A DNA stretch of 64,000 nt from Candidatus Hydrogenedentota bacterium (GTDB lineage Bacteria; Hydrogenedentota; Hydrogenedentia; Hydrogenedentales; SLHB01), in assembly GCA_963674865.2 (NCBI GenBank), contig CAXXYE010000001.1, positions 224,001 to 288,000 of the forward strand. The letters are read 5' to 3'. Position numbers and translations under genes: made by a program. Shown piece by piece: positions 46,446-56,822 of this stretch (position 1 is the stretch's first letter; the number at the start of each line of letters is the position of its first letter). A model generated the notes under the pieces. It was given only the letters and a program-made list of their open reading frames with translations. It made no database searches and was not told the origin of the DNA.

Positions 46446-47921
46446 CTAGTCTCCCGTTTCCGCCGCGGCGGTTGGCACAAGCACATCGTGTGTCGGTGCA
46501 TTCCTCGTTTCGGGAAGTGTGTCTGGCGACGTATTGCAGCCCACCCAGCCTAGGTCACGGCTCCAGCGGCGGATGAACGCGGGTTCAAGTTGCGTCCAGC
46601 AGCGCGCGCAGCCTTGGCACGGGTGAGGATCTTCGGGCGACAGAGGCGACGCGCCCACAAGCGCCATCTCGCCCCGCCACACGTGGACAAGCTGAGGCAA
46701 GTTCTCAAGCCTATAACGCCTCAGAAAGCCTCCGATTCGCGTTTCCGTGGCGGCCGGCGCGGCAGGCCCGCCGCGCGTTGTCCGGAAGCGCCGCATCTTG
46801 AAGGGCAGCCGTTTCCTGCTCAGGCGCCATTGGTAAGTCAGGATCGGCCCCGGCGACTCGGATTTGATCACCGCGGCGATGACGAGCATCAGCGGCGCCG
46901 ACACGATCAGCAGTATCGACGATAGGACGAATTCTGCCGCCCGTTTCAGCGTCATATGAAGCTCGCGGCCCGGTGTCGGCGCGAGCGAAACCACGGGCAG
47001 GTTGCCCACCGATCGCACTGCGCTTACCGCAACGCGCAAGGGGAACAAATCCGCTACCATCCGCACCGGTACTCCGATTCCCTCACATAGGTTCACGATG
47101 CGCTGGACGGTGTTGTAGTGCGATTTCAGCGGCAAGGAGACATAGACGCTGTCAACGACGCGATCTACCAGCAGCCGCTCGAGTTCTTCAATTGGGCCCA
47201 AGTACCTGACGCCGTACCTTTCGAGGATGTTGCGGCGGCTGGGGTCGTTTTCGAGAAATCCCTCGATGTACCACCCGAATTGTGGACTCGATTGAACCAC
47301 GCGCACAAGGTGGTCCGTGCATTGATTGGCGCCCACAATGACAGCGTGGTGTACGTTGAATCCGTGCCGGCGCAAGTCCCATAGGCCAAGGCGAAACGCC
47401 GCGCGACCCGCCAGAATCAACGCCGCGGCGGCCAGTGTAGACACGAAGAGCTCATCCCGATTGATCGCCGTGGGGCCCCAGAAGGAGGCCACAACCACGG
47501 TGAGAACGATCCAAGCCAGCAGGGCCCAAGCCGTGCCAAATACCTGAGGAAGAAAGGCATTAGTGCGCTGCGACTGGAACAGACGGCGCTTTGCCGCAAC
47601 GACAAGCCACAGCAAGACTACAAGGGCGAGGAAGGGTAGCTGTGCTTTGATATGGCGAGACCATGAGGGCGAGTCCGGGCGCAAGAGGTAAGTCGTTCCC
47701 GCATGTGCGCCCACGATGCAGGCGAGGTCGAGTAGGGCACGCGCGGTCATCGCTACAACGGGATGTGCTTTCCTGAGTGACACGTTCCTACATTTCCTTC
47801 CCGCCGGTTGTTCCTGCCTTGGCGTCCCCAACTTCCGACGCCCCTTAGAATAGGAACCTGCGTCACTGTCTGCGTATTCCGCGTAGGCGTCGGCGAGATC
47901 AGTCTCAGTCTCTTCACTCAC
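46446..47921 (-). CDS. Second WcaJ-like protein with degenerate catalytic domain
   Basis: Same TM + Rossmann-like architecture, but LENLPQL, VGASP and no PGxTGxWQ motif. Confidence 0.75.
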   Translation of the reverse strand: MSEETETDLADAYAEYADSDAGSYSKGRRKLGTPRQEQPAGRKCRNVSLRKAHPVVAMTARALLDLACIVGAHAGTTYLLRPDSPSWSRHIKAQLPFLALVVLLWLVVAAKRRLFQSQRTNAFLPQVFGTAWALLAWIVLTVVVASFWGPTAINRDELFVSTLAAAALILAGRAAFRLGLWDLRRHGFNVHHAVIVGANQCTDHLVRVVQSSPQFGWYIEGFLENDPSRRNILERYGVRYLGPIEELERLLVDRVVDSVYVSLPLKSHYNTVQRIVNLCEGIGVPVRMVADLFPLRVAVSAVRSVGNLPVVSLAPTPGRELHMTLKRAAEFVLSSILLIVSAPLMLVIAAVIKSESPGPILTYQWRLSRKRLPFKMRRFRTTRGGPAAPAATETRIGGFLRRYRLENLPQLVHVWRGEMALVGASPLSPEDPHPCQGCARCWTQLEPAFIRRWSRDLGWVGCNTSPDTLPETRNAPTHDVLVPTAAAETGD

Positions 47922-47974
47922 GCGGGTTCCACGCTCCGGAATTTGTGTTCACGGCTTAGGGTTTACGTTTCCAT

Positions 47975-49285
47975 ATGCGATCCGATGCCACGACATTGCC
48001 TTCACCTTCTGCGCCTTGTTGCTGCGCCGCTAGTGGAGCTGCGCTCAAGGGGCGGAACATCGGCTACCTAGCCAGTGAATATCCGGCCATTTCCCATACG
48101 TTCATTTTCCGGGAGATTGAGGCGTTGCGGACTAGCGGCGTGTGTGTGAAGACGGTGGCCGTTCACCTGTCTCGACAAGTGGAGCGGATGACTCCCGCAG
48201 AGCAGGCCGACGCCGCCGGCACCTACTACATCACGGACACCTCGCCGGCCCGTGTCGCGGCCTGCCACATGCGCCTTCTTCTCTCTTCGCCGCGGCGCTA
48301 CCTGAAAATGCTAGGCTACACGCTCGGACTTCGGCGCAAGGGGCCCGTACCTTTTCTCAAGCTCGCGGCCTACTTCGCGGAGGCAGGGCTGCTGCTGGAT
48401 TGGCTTCGCCGGGAGCGCGTGAATCATCTGCACGTCCATTTCGCCAATCCTGCCGCCACGGTGGCCATGATCGCCACCAGCCAGGGCCAGTTCTCATTTA
48501 GTCTCAGTGTTCATGGGCCGGACGCCTTCGACAACGTCCCGGGGAATCTGCTGGTTGAGAAGATCACCCGGGCCGCATTTGTGCGATGCATCAGCCACTT
48601 CTGCCGGAGCCAGTTGATGCGCCTCGTGCCGTTCAACCAGTGGCCCAAGCTCCACATTGTCCGCTGCGGCGTTGACACGGATGTGTTTGGGCCGCGCCCG
48701 AAGCCTAAGAATGCCGTGCCGGAAATCGTGTGTCTCGGGCGACTTGTCCCCGCTAAGGGGCAACATGTGTTGCTGCAAGCCTGTCGCGCCTTGCGTGAAA
48801 AGGGCGCGGCATTTCACCTCACGTTTATCGGCGATGGGCCGGATCGCAAGAGCCTGGATGCGCTTTGCCGCGAATGGGGCCTTAGCGATTCCGTGGCCTT
48901 CACGGGCGCCGTGGGACAGGATGAGGTGTGCCGACGGCTTGAAATCGCGGATATCATGGTTTTGCCGAGTTTCGCCGAGGGGCTGCCCGTGGTGTTAATG
49001 GAGGCCATGGCCAAGGAGATCCCGTGTATTTCCAGCCGGATTATGGGAATCCCGGAACTCATCGAGGATGGAGTGAACGGATTTCTAACGGCGCCTTCCG
49101 ATGTCGAGGGTATTGCCGAGGGAATAGCGCAGCTTCTCAAGGATGCGGAGTTGCGGAGGCGTCTCGGATGCAATGCGCGTAAGACGGTTTGTGAGCACTA
49201 CGACATCGAAACAAACTGCCGTAGGATGGGCGAACTCCTCGCCGAATGTGCACATGTCGGCGCGTGCGCCGGGGAGGCGACATGA
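47975..49285 (+). CDS. GT4 glycosyltransferase (WcaL-like)
   Basis: YPAISHTFIFREI, HLHVHF, EGLPVVLMEAMA. Confidence 0.9.
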   Translation: MRSDATTLPSPSAPCCCAASGAALKGRNIGYLASEYPAISHTFIFREIEALRTSGVCVKTVAVHLSRQVERMTPAEQADAAGTYYITDTSPARVAACHMRLLLSSPRRYLKMLGYTLGLRRKGPVPFLKLAAYFAEAGLLLDWLRRERVNHLHVHFANPAATVAMIATSQGQFSFSLSVHGPDAFDNVPGNLLVEKITRAAFVRCISHFCRSQLMRLVPFNQWPKLHIVRCGVDTDVFGPRPKPKNAVPEIVCLGRLVPAKGQHVLLQACRALREKGAAFHLTFIGDGPDRKSLDALCREWGLSDSVAFTGAVGQDEVCRRLEIADIMVLPSFAEGLPVVLMEAMAKEIPCISSRIMGIPELIEDGVNGFLTAPSDVEGIAEGIAQLLKDAELRRRLGCNARKTVCEHYDIETNCRRMGELLAECAHVGACAGEAT

Positions 49286-50493
49286 GCGAGGTCCTACCTA
49301 ACGTGTTCTTCGCGTTGTGCGGGGCATATGTGGGCGTCGTGACGTTGTACCTTCTGACAGTCACCGTCGCGGCTCATTTCCCACGAAGGACAACGCTGTC
49401 GCCTCCCGCGGGCCCGATTTCATTCGCCGTGGTGATCCCGGCTCACAATGAAGCGGGGCAGATCGAACAGACTGTGGCCGCCGTCTGTCACTCGGACTAC
49501 CTGGGCGAGTGGTTCTCGATCTACGTCATCGCGGATAACTGCGACGACGATACCGCCGCCATGGCCAGAAGCGCTGGCGCGGACGTCCTTGAGCGATTCG
49601 ACGGAAGCAAACGCGGGAAGGGCCAGGCGCTTGACTGGTGTTTCCGCATGCACCGCTCCATACTCGAGCACCACGACGCTGTCGCCATCATCGACGCCGA
49701 CGCCGCCGTCGCGCCAGGTTTCCTCGCGGCCATGGCGAAGGCGCTGGCGCAGCCCGGTGTGCACGTAGTGCAAGCAAACAACGCCGTCGCCAATCCTGAA
49801 GCGAACTGGCGAACCGCCCTCACCTATGCCGGGTTCGCCCTAGTGAACCGCGTGCGCACTGCCGGCCGTTTCCGGCTGGGTGGGTCGGCGGGACTGAAAG
49901 GCAACGGCATGGCTTTTCGGAGCGACCTGCTCATCCAGTATGGATGGCCGGCCCACTCGATTGCCGAGGATGTCGAGTTTGACATTCACCTTCTCTTGGA
50001 TGGACACCGCGTCGCCCTGGCGCCCGATGCGCTGATCACGTCGGATATGCCCATGTCACGCGGCGCGGCCGACACCCAGCGGAATCGGTGGGAATCGGGG
50101 CGGATGCGTATTGCCGCAGCGTACGTGCCCGTCCTGCTGTGGGCCTGTCTCCGAAGGCCGAAATGGCGCTACGCCGACGCGGCCCTCGACCTTCTCGTTC
50201 CACCTTTGGCCGCACTGGTGCTTGGGCAGATGGGATTGACGGTGGCGGCGGCTCTTTTCCGCCCCGGGTGGCTTCCTCTGTTCGTTGTATGTGCCGTGGC
50301 TACGGCGCTGCACGTTGTATTGGGGCTCCACCTGAGCCGTGCGCCCCGGCGCGTGTGGTTTGCTCTGGCCGCTGTTCCGTTCTTCCTGTTGTGGAAGGCC
50401 GGCCTTTATCTTCGCCTGCTCGCCGGGGCGGGGGAGAAGCAGTGGGTCCGAACGGCCCGGGAGTCGGAGGCTGGGCAAGAGGGCACGCGCTGA
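49282..50493 (+). CDS. GT2 membrane glycosyltransferase
   Basis: VIPAHNE, ADNCDD, KGQAL, DAD, AED, QRNRW. Confidence 0.9.
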   Translation: MSEVLPNVFFALCGAYVGVVTLYLLTVTVAAHFPRRTTLSPPAGPISFAVVIPAHNEAGQIEQTVAAVCHSDYLGEWFSIYVIADNCDDDTAAMARSAGADVLERFDGSKRGKGQALDWCFRMHRSILEHHDAVAIIDADAAVAPGFLAAMAKALAQPGVHVVQANNAVANPEANWRTALTYAGFALVNRVRTAGRFRLGGSAGLKGNGMAFRSDLLIQYGWPAHSIAEDVEFDIHLLLDGHRVALAPDALITSDMPMSRGAADTQRNRWESGRMRIAAAYVPVLLWACLRRPKWRYADAALDLLVPPLAALVLGQMGLTVAAALFRPGWLPLFVVCAVATALHVVLGLHLSRAPRRVWFALAAVPFFLLWKAGLYLRLLAGAGEKQWVRTARESEAGQEGTR

Positions 50494-51827
50494 TGGATGA
50501 GCGTCAACCGGGCCAGTCTAGTCCCGTCCAGTCTCTCAAGCGGTCGGCCATCAGCGGCTCGGCCTGGACGATGTTCGGATACGGCTCCGGCCAGATTCTC
50601 CGGCTCATTGGCAACATTATCGTCGCCCGGCTTCTCTTCCCGGAGGCGTTCGGGATCATGGGAATCGTTTTTGCCGTAATGACGGGCCTCGCGATGTTCT
50701 CCGATATCGGCCTCGGGCCGAGTATCATTCAACACAAGCGGGGAGAGGACCCCGCGTTTGTACGCACGGCTTGGACCCTCCAGGCGATGCGCGGCCTCGT
50801 CATCTGGCTCCTCGCCATTCCACTCGCCTGGCCGGTTTATTGGCTCAACAAGGAGCCCATCTTCCTCTGGCTGATCCCTATCGCGGGCCTCACCACCGTC
50901 ATCTCCGGCTTCAACTCGATGTCTCTCTTCACGTATAAACGCCGACTCCACTTCGGCCGCGTCACGCTGCTCTACCTGGGCGCCAACGCTCTCGGCACCG
51001 CGGCTATGATTGCCCTCGCCTGGATGTGGCCGAGCGTGTGGTCCTTGTTGGCGCACGGCTTCGTCAGTGTTGGGGCGATGCTTGTGGGGAGCTACATCTT
51101 TGTGCCGGATCTTCGCATGCGATTTCAGTGGGAGCCTGCCGCCGCCGCCGACCTTATTCGGTTCGGGCGTTGGATCTTCATCGGTACGGCCCTGACGTTT
51201 CTGGTTTCGCGCCTGGATGTCTTCATCCTGGGCGGGCTTGTGGGGATGAGCGTCCTCGGGGTGTACAGCATTGCCAAGAACTTGTCGCGCGCCGCCGTCG
51301 AGGCCCTCTTAGCCCTCACCACCACGGTGCTCTTCCCTGTCTACTCGCGTCTCGCCGAACGCGGCGCATGGGCCTTGCGGTACCAAACCATTCGCGTGCG
51401 CGCGGTGCTGTTGGCGGTCTTCCTTCCGCCGCTGTGGGCGCTGGCGGTCGGCGGACATCACCTTATCGCCTTCCTCTACGATGAACGCTATCAAGAGGCG
51501 GGCTGGATGCTGGAGTTTCTCGCTGCCGGGGCCGTGGCCACCGCCATTGGCGCCACGATCGATCCCGTCCTCTTGGCAAAAGGGGATTCCTTTCGGCACA
51601 TGCTGCAACTGGCCGCGCGGCTTGCCGTGCAGATCGCCGGCATGGCGGCTGGCGCCTACCTCGCCGGCACGCAAGGTTTCATCATCGGGCTTGCCGCCGC
51701 CGACCTGCTCGAATACCCGATCATGGTTGCCCTGGTTCGCAAGTATGGTGTCTGGTTGCCGATTGTGGACGCTCTTGCGTTCGGCGTCTCGGCATTGGTC
51801 ATTGGCTTTGGCTGGTATATCTTCTAG
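50493..51827 (+). CDS. wzx: Wzx-type oligosaccharide flippase
   Basis: ARLLFPEAFG, SDIGLGPSIIQ, TAWTLQ; many TM helices; start at MDERQP. Confidence 0.88.
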   Translation: MDERQPGQSSPVQSLKRSAISGSAWTMFGYGSGQILRLIGNIIVARLLFPEAFGIMGIVFAVMTGLAMFSDIGLGPSIIQHKRGEDPAFVRTAWTLQAMRGLVIWLLAIPLAWPVYWLNKEPIFLWLIPIAGLTTVISGFNSMSLFTYKRRLHFGRVTLLYLGANALGTAAMIALAWMWPSVWSLLAHGFVSVGAMLVGSYIFVPDLRMRFQWEPAAAADLIRFGRWIFIGTALTFLVSRLDVFILGGLVGMSVLGVYSIAKNLSRAAVEALLALTTTVLFPVYSRLAERGAWALRYQTIRVRAVLLAVFLPPLWALAVGGHHLIAFLYDERYQEAGWMLEFLAAGAVATAIGATIDPVLLAKGDSFRHMLQLAARLAVQIAGMAAGAYLAGTQGFIIGLAAADLLEYPIMVALVRKYGVWLPIVDALAFGVSALVIGFGWYIF

Positions 51828-51854
51828 AGAATCGAAACGGTCGAGAAGCGCACA

Positions 51855-53045
51855 ATGCGGATAACGTTTGTCCAATTCGGAGACTACGCCGAAGCCGTGC
51901 ACCGATTTGCCAAGGGCGGCGCGGAGACCTACTACGCCCAGCGCTATTCGGTCGAGTTCGTCGGCGACCTCGCGACGAAGGTGGAGGATGTTACCGTGAT
52001 ATGCGTGGATGCCGAGCCTTGCGACGAACGTCTGCCCAACGGCGTCCGAGGGGTCGGCCTCCGCCTGAAGAGTGCGGGAATGCCTGCCCTGATTCGGCAG
52101 GTTGCAGCCACGGATCCCACGCATCTTATCCTCTGCACGCCATTGCGCTCGCTGTTGGCCTGGGCGCTCAGGAGGCGTATTCGGACGCTGCCCGTGTTTG
52201 CGGATAGCTTCGCTCCTCGCGGCTTGCTTGATCCCCTCCGTCATCGCCGGCTCGCCGCCGCGCTGAACCGGCGCGCCGTTGAGTTCGTCGGAAACCACAA
52301 CGTCAACGCTTCGCTTTCGCTCAGGAGTATCGGCGTCAGGCCGGAGAAGATTGTCCCTTGGGATTGGCCATGTCACGTCCACCCAAACGATCTCCCGGAG
52401 AAGGCCGGCCCCGGCGACCCCAATCGCCTGCGACTCATTTCAGTGGGCCTTGTCACTGAGGCAAAGGGGGTCGGCGATTGCATCGCCGCCCTACAACTTC
52501 TACGCGCGCGCGGCGTGCCCGCGGAGTTAACCATCGCCGGGACGGGGGCGGACCTGGAAGCCTTGAAGGCACGAAGTTATGCCCTAGGTGTGGGCAACGC
52601 CGTGACCTTCGCGGGACGCGTGCCGCATGATCGGGTCGTGCCGCTTATGCGCGAGCACGACGCGGTTGTTGTCGCCAGTCGCCACGAATATCCCGAAGGG
52701 TTGCCGATGACGATCTACGAGGCCTATTGCTCAAGAACGCCTCTCATCACCTCCGATCATCCGATGTTCCGCGGAAAGGTGAATGATGGCGAGAGCGCCT
52801 TGGTGTTCGACGCCGGCGACGCGGCGGCCTTGGCCGGAAAGGTGCAGGAGCTAATGGCCTCCCCGCACCTTTACCAGACTCTCTCACGAAACGGTGAGGC
52901 TGCGTGGGAACGCATTCAATGTCCGGTGAAGTGGGGCGACCTTATTGCCCGATGGCTAAGCGATTCCCCCGAGGATCGAGCGTGGCTTTCCGCACATGCC
53001 TTGGGCTCGGGCAAGTACCTCGTGCCGTCTCAGATGCGGCGCTGA
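51855..53045 (+). CDS. GT4 glycosyltransferase
   Basis: VG....KG, EGLPMTIYEA (Ex7E) motif. Confidence 0.88.
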   Translation: MRITFVQFGDYAEAVHRFAKGGAETYYAQRYSVEFVGDLATKVEDVTVICVDAEPCDERLPNGVRGVGLRLKSAGMPALIRQVAATDPTHLILCTPLRSLLAWALRRRIRTLPVFADSFAPRGLLDPLRHRRLAAALNRRAVEFVGNHNVNASLSLRSIGVRPEKIVPWDWPCHVHPNDLPEKAGPGDPNRLRLISVGLVTEAKGVGDCIAALQLLRARGVPAELTIAGTGADLEALKARSYALGVGNAVTFAGRVPHDRVVPLMREHDAVVVASRHEYPEGLPMTIYEAYCSRTPLITSDHPMFRGKVNDGESALVFDAGDAAALAGKVQELMASPHLYQTLSRNGEAAWERIQCPVKWGDLIARWLSDSPEDRAWLSAHALGSGKYLVPSQMRR

Positions 53046-54016
53046 TGGACATAGCGCGCCAGCTTATGCCGGGCTAGGCGTGCGCCGAACCGGGGGAGTT
53101 CGACCAGTCCCGCGGGTGAACGGCGTTTCCTGCGCCAGCGCTCGAACGCACCCGTTACCGGCCCTGCAAGCAAGTCTATCCAGCGTTGGGCGATCGCCTC
53201 GTGCGTGTAGTCTTGGCCGCGTCGCAGGCCGTTCTCGACCATCTGCTGAAAGAGCCCAGGCTCCTTTTTCAGTCGTTGGAATGCCGCCAACGCTTCGTCC
53301 GGCGTCGCCACCTCGATATAGTCCAAGTCCGATTGCCGATACTGCTGGAAACCCGATTCGGGGCCCAGCACGGCGGGACATCCGGCCAGCCAGGCATTCT
53401 GGAGTTTGGAGGCAGGCTTCAGGTTGATGTCGTATAGCGTGCCCGGTCGTACGGCGAGAACCACGTCCACGTTCCGATAGTCGTGAAAATCGGTTTCGCG
53501 GATCTCTAGCCGCATGCCCAACTCGTCCAAGCGGCGGCGAAAGTCCGCGTCTCGGTACTCGCTCTTCAGGTTGTAGGCTACGCCCGCATAGGTGATCTGT
53601 TCGATGCGGTGTCCCCGCGCGACCGCGCGCGGCAGCAGGCCCGGGTGCGTCCAATGCGGCATGAAGAAATCATCCGGGCCGTGTACGGCGAGCTTGTTCT
53701 GCACGATGCGGATGTGCGCGAGCGGCGCGGCCGGCCGATCCGGCCGGCTCGCGACGATGAACGTCCTGAAGGGGAGTTCCTTGAGCCAAATATCGTCGTA
53801 GTGCGCGACGCAGATGGCGTCCGGAACCATATGCGCGACATAGGCCACGTTGTAGCCGCGGCGCTTTAGTTCGAAATAGGTCTGGACAGTCCAGTTGTCA
53901 TCGCCCTCGCGCAAACGCGGTCCATAGACTTCCGCGGTTGGCACTTCGTCCGCTTCCACAAGATCGCGCCACTTGGCCGCGCTGTGCTGAACGAAGTAGA
54001 TTGGATACTTGAACAC
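53030..54016 (-). CDS. GT-B fold glycosyltransferase-like protein
   Basis: KPASKLQNAWLAGCPA, MVENG motifs; in polysaccharide locus. Confidence 0.72.
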   Translation of the reverse strand: MFKYPIYFVQHSAAKWRDLVEADEVPTAEVYGPRLREGDDNWTVQTYFELKRRGYNVAYVAHMVPDAICVAHYDDIWLKELPFRTFIVASRPDRPAAPLAHIRIVQNKLAVHGPDDFFMPHWTHPGLLPRAVARGHRIEQITYAGVAYNLKSEYRDADFRRRLDELGMRLEIRETDFHDYRNVDVVLAVRPGTLYDINLKPASKLQNAWLAGCPAVLGPESGFQQYRQSDLDYIEVATPDEALAAFQRLKKEPGLFQQMVENGLRRGQDYTHEAIAQRWIDLLAGPVTGAFERWRRKRRSPAGLVELPRFGARLARHKLARYVHQRRI

Positions 54017-54150
54017 TGTCAGCGCTCCTGATTAGGACTCCACACTGCACGGTCAGTCCTGTAACATGCGCCGACGCCGTGTACATTCCGCAGGTGCCGC
54101 GTCGCGGCACATTCCTGGATGCCGCCACTCCTGCGGGATACGTTGGCAGG

Positions 54151-56616
54151 CTATTGAGGAAGGATCTGTTGGGTGGGCGCGTTCGCCGCGCGCACAGTGA
54201 GTATTCCCATCTCCGGCGCAGCGATCTCGATAACGCGCGGCTCGCCCGGCAGCACGTCCACGAAATTGTCGCTGTACACGGCCGCCGCATGCGGCACGGA
54301 GACGGCCGCGAAGTGCACGTGCTCCGGGCTTGTGAGCGTCACACGAAACCTGCTTTCATCACACCTCGACGCGACTATCTCGAGATCTGTATCGGGGAGT
54401 ATCCAGTCTCGACGCAAAGCGGCGTGATAGATGCATTCGCTGGACACTTCCCCGGCACGCAGCTCCGCATGAAGGAACTCATGGGCCGGCTCCTCCAGAT
54501 GGAGCTCGCCCGGCACTTCGAGCAGACGTGTGGCGGCGTTGGGCATGAGCCTGCCGTCGAAAACGCATTCGCCCAGCGCCTCTCCTTTGTGGTCGTAGCG
54601 GCGCAGCCGGACATGACATTCGTAGGGGACCGCGAGATCGTTGACGCCCCAAAACGCCAACGGGCCTTCCGCAGGCTGATAGAACATTCCCATTACCGGT
54701 TGGCACGCGTGCCGGACCCAGTAGTAGGCGGCCTTCGGGCGCCCGAAGAAATCCACAAGGCTGAAAGTAACCGCCGGCCACGGCTCGTTGTATTGCCAGA
54801 TGAGCGACCCGCTCGTGGCGTACATGCGTCGCCGATACACCTCGACGGCATAGCGCATCAACGTGGCCTGCGCCTCCTGCGTCAGCATGATGTACTCGTC
54901 GAGCGTTTTGGGATTGCCGAATTCCGGTAGAATTTCGCGAAGCCATCCGCACCGGCCATGGTGGAAGTCCCATGCATTGTGTTGCGGCCCGTTGCGATCC
55001 CAAAGGAACTCCCTCGAGATCATGGCTTCGACGGTTTCGCGTTGGGGAACCGAGCGAAAACCGTACTCACTACTGAAGCGCGGCGCATTTGCGTCATACG
55101 TGCGCCAGTTCGGCAAGCTGTACCAATCGTGAAAATCGCCGATCTCGCGTGAACGTGTGGTCGGCCCGCCGTAAGGGCTTCCGGGCCAGTAGGGCACGTC
55201 CGGGGAGAGGTCCCGAACCGTCTGTGGGAGCACTTGGTCGTACAGCCGTTCTCCAAGATGCCGGCGGGCGCGATCCGGCCAATCGCCAAGAACCCATGCC
55301 TCTTGACACTCGTTGTTGCCGCACCAAAGCACGACGCTGGGATGACGCCGCAGGCGCTGGACAATGTGCCGCGCTTCAAGGGAGGCGCTCTCCATAAACG
55401 CGGGGTCGTCATCCGGATACATGGCGCATGCGTACATGAAGTCCTGCCACACCATGATCCCGAACTCATCGCAGAGGTCATAGAAGGTTTCCGGCTCGTA
55501 AATACCGCCGCCCCAAATCCGCAGCATGTTGAAATGAGCATCGCGGGCGAGTCGGAGAAGATGGCGATAGTGCTCAGGGGAGGACTCAAGACTCATGCTG
55601 TTCGACGGAACCCAGTTCGCGCCCTTGGCGAACACGTCTGTACCGTTGATACAGAAGGTGAATTGCTCATCCTGCTTCAACTCCACCGTGCGTACGCCGA
55701 ACAGTGTCGTGCGCCGGTCGATTTCCGTGCCGCCCGATTCGATTCGAGCATCCAGGTGGTAGCGGAAGGGCTCACCGATAGGCTGCGGATACCACGGGCG
55801 CACGGGGTCCAGGCGCGCCTGGACAAGGATCGGTGCATCACCACACAGCTCGACGCTTTGGCGCCAAAGGGCGGGCGCGTCGGGGCTCTCGTGAATGCCT
55901 AGATGCAGCTTGGCCGGTTCTTTGAGCGCGCAGAGCGTCCTCATGCGGGCCTCGATAGTAATCTCTGCTACTCCTTGCTCAATGGCGTCCGTCCTTACGT
56001 ACAGATCATCGATGCTCACTTCCCGATGGCAGAGCAGGTGCACTGGACGCCAAAGGCCGATGAGGGGCAAGCGAGGGGCGAAATCCCAGCCGAAGCACAT
56101 CTGTGCGAGCCGCATATAGGGCCGGATTTCCTCAGCGTCTTTGCTCACATCGCGGCGGACGGTTTGTTTCATCCGCTCAAGGTCCAGGCGGCACTCAACG
56201 GCCAGCACGTTGCGCCCTTCTCGATTGACGTGAGCGCTGATGTCAAACCGGTGTGGATGGTGCGCATTCCGGATGAAGCCCACGGGCGAGCCGTTCAGCC
56301 AAACCGTAGCGAAAAGGCTCACCCCCTCGAACAGGAGATCGTAGCGCTCGGCCTCGCCTGCTTCGGGCGGCAGCTCAAACTGGTGACGATACCACCATGT
56401 ATCGTTCTCAAAGGCACGGAATGCTTCAGCGTCGCGGTCGCGCCACGGCGCGGGTGCGCGGCCGTGCGCGGCCAGGGCCGCCTGAACCGTCGAAGGGATA
56501 TCCACGCGCATCCAACTCGCGCCTGTCGGTTGGCAATCTGTCTCTTGAGATGCAGCGCCCGCAAGATCGTGTTCCGAGGCAAGAAACCAATCCTTGGAGA
56601 GAGTAAGTTCTTTCAC
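54151..56616 (-). CDS. GH2 beta-mannosidase-like glycoside hydrolase
   Basis: FGWDFAP, KGANWVP, NMLRIWGGGIYE, WQDFM, WCGNNE, SEYG. Confidence 0.93.
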   Translation of the reverse strand: MKELTLSKDWFLASEHDLAGAASQETDCQPTGASWMRVDIPSTVQAALAAHGRAPAPWRDRDAEAFRAFENDTWWYRHQFELPPEAGEAERYDLLFEGVSLFATVWLNGSPVGFIRNAHHPHRFDISAHVNREGRNVLAVECRLDLERMKQTVRRDVSKDAEEIRPYMRLAQMCFGWDFAPRLPLIGLWRPVHLLCHREVSIDDLYVRTDAIEQGVAEITIEARMRTLCALKEPAKLHLGIHESPDAPALWRQSVELCGDAPILVQARLDPVRPWYPQPIGEPFRYHLDARIESGGTEIDRRTTLFGVRTVELKQDEQFTFCINGTDVFAKGANWVPSNSMSLESSPEHYRHLLRLARDAHFNMLRIWGGGIYEPETFYDLCDEFGIMVWQDFMYACAMYPDDDPAFMESASLEARHIVQRLRRHPSVVLWCGNNECQEAWVLGDWPDRARRHLGERLYDQVLPQTVRDLSPDVPYWPGSPYGGPTTRSREIGDFHDWYSLPNWRTYDANAPRFSSEYGFRSVPQRETVEAMISREFLWDRNGPQHNAWDFHHGRCGWLREILPEFGNPKTLDEYIMLTQEAQATLMRYAVEVYRRRMYATSGSLIWQYNEPWPAVTFSLVDFFGRPKAAYYWVRHACQPVMGMFYQPAEGPLAFWGVNDLAVPYECHVRLRRYDHKGEALGECVFDGRLMPNAATRLLEVPGELHLEEPAHEFLHAELRAGEVSSECIYHAALRRDWILPDTDLEIVASRCDESRFRVTLTSPEHVHFAAVSVPHAAAVYSDNFVDVLPGEPRVIEIAAPEMGILTVRAANAPTQQILPQ

Positions 56617-56822
56617 GCGCAGCTCCGATCAAACACCGGCGATCCGTCTGGTAAAAAACACCGCCCCTTGGCATCGGGCGATTTCGCCGCCATATTAACT
56701 GTAGACACAGCTATCTTCAACGCGGGCGTCTTGAGGCCGTGTTGCCGAGGAATACGCCTCTCTGGGCGGGCGTTTCTCTACAGAGTGTATGAAACGCCGT
56801 GCATCTGACAGGTGGACAGATT

